Assembly (NCBI RefSeq): GCF_004010195.1
Contig: NC_057757.1
Span: 4,584,807-4,648,806, forward strand
Length of the DNA: 64,000 nucleotides
Source of the DNA: Chiloscyllium plagiosum
Taxonomy: Eukaryota
Reading direction: 5' to 3'
Shown: in pieces, positions 62,885-64,000 of the stretch
Position numbering within the stretch: position 1 is the first letter of the stretch
Layout: every line of letters starts with the position of its first letter
Notes under the pieces: model-generated
What the model was told of the DNA's origin: nothing
Seen by the model: the letters and a program-made list of their open reading frames with translations, nothing else
Database searches by the model: none
Position numbers and translations under genes: made by a program

Positions 62885-63430
62885 GTGTACGAGTTGGGAC
62901 GTTATGTTGAGGTTGTACAGGACATTAGTGAGGCCTCTTCTGGAGTACTGTGTCCAGTTTTGAGCGCCCTGTTATAAGAAGTATATTATTAAGCTTGGAG
63001 GGGGTTCAGAAGAGATTTACCAGAATGCTACTGGGAATGGAGGGTTTGAGCTATAGGGAGAGGTTAAATAGGCTGGGAGTTTTTTCCCTGGAGCATCGGA
63101 GGCTGAGGGGTTTATAAAATCATGAGAGGCATGGATAGGATAAATAGACAAGGTGGGGTGGGGGAGCCCAGAACTAGAGGGCTATAGGTTTAAGGTGAGA
63201 GGGGAAAGCTTTGAAAGGGACCTAAGGGGCAACTTTTTCAGGTAGATGTGGATGTGGTGGAGGCTGGTATAATAACAACATTTAAAAGGCATCTGGATGG
63301 GCATATGAATATGAAGGGTTTAGAGGGATGTGGGCCAAGTGCAGACAAAGGGACTGGATTAACTAGGTCTGGTCGGCATGGATGAGTTGGACCGAAGGGT
63401 CTGTTTCTGTACTGTACGACTCTATGACCC
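62885..63430 (+). mobile_element. HER1-like LINE 3' fragment
   Basis: SWDVMLRLYRTLVRPLLEYCVQF.. plus CTATGAC tail. Confidence 0.88.
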
Positions 63431-63764
63431 TTGGACAAAGGGTGAGTGATAACACCCAGAGCACCCATTCCGTGTGCTGTTGAGGGATACGTATTGAACA
63501 GGACAGCCGAGGTGGTGTCCCAGCTGAACGAATGATGGTGATGGGGTGAGCTCCAGTTACCAACCCAACCAGCGAGTTCAGGTGCAGTCCTGGCTGCCTC
63601 CCAACCTGAGAGTGGTAACTGCCTCACTCAGTGCTAACTGTCAGCTACTGGCATTTAGCACGGACTGCACATCCACCTTCACTCAACGACCTTTACTTAT
63701 TCTGAGATTCCCCACTTGCTCAGTCACGCATTCCCAGTAACACCCTCGCTCACTCACTAACTCA

Positions 63765-64000
63765 TGCACACTCCTACACACACACACTTAGGTGCACACA
63801 CATACTCAGACAGACTCTTGTGCACGTGTGTGCACGTACCCCTCTGTATACCCCCACACACTTTTACACACATCACACCTCTGTACACACTCACACGTAT
63901 GTATGCACCCGTGCACACATCACACCATTGTGTACTCTGACACACACACACACGCACACACATCGCACCACTGTTTACTCATGCATACCCCTACATACTC
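63765..64000. repeat. CA-rich low-complexity repeat
   Basis: Imperfect (CA)n. Confidence 0.8.

Noticed and set aside
10660..64000. Beta-arrestin exons 2-3
   Set aside because: Visual search for VFKK(S/A)SPN and LTVYLGKRDF codons found only repeat-derived TTCAAGAAGGCAGC matches; the exons could lie in gaps or beyond the window

Overview
Vertebrate genomic DNA from a cartilaginous fish (shark). This is inferred from abundant HE1-type tRNA-derived V-SINEs, their CR1-like HER1 LINE partners, shark-type Penelope-like fold-backs and 69-bp and 44-bp minisatellites. It is a draft assembly with three N gaps. Most of the window is decayed non-LTR retroelement sequence, and almost all ORFs in the supplied track are spurious. 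The one recognisable host gene starts at a CpG-island promoter (~9.97-10.66 kb, + strand). Its 23-nt coding first exon ATGGGGGACAAGTCTGGCACAAG|gtaggt (MGDKSGT-R, phase 2) matches the first exon of beta-arrestin-2 (ARRB2). I found no exon 2 (VFKKSSPNCK-like) downstream, so the rest of the window appears to be intron 1 (>53 kb, unless the exon lies in a gap). The most notable observations are: (1) a second promoter-like island at ~29.9-30.26 kb with its own Kozak ATG and a phase-2 GTAAGT donor, predicting a beta-arrestin with a different N-terminus (MAETLGSNPAQTKGATQTRHRK-); (2) seven 13-bp DM-domain (DMRT/doublesex)-like pseudo-palindromes in the main promoter/5'UTR, six of them phased at ~22 bp; (3) Penelope-like fold-back insertions carrying minimal hammerhead-ribozyme cores; (4) an unexplained 93-bp-arm inverted repeat at 22.4-22.7 kb; (5) repeated formation of a ~51-bp minisatellite inside HE1 SINEs. 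Repeat boundaries were read by eye and are approximate.
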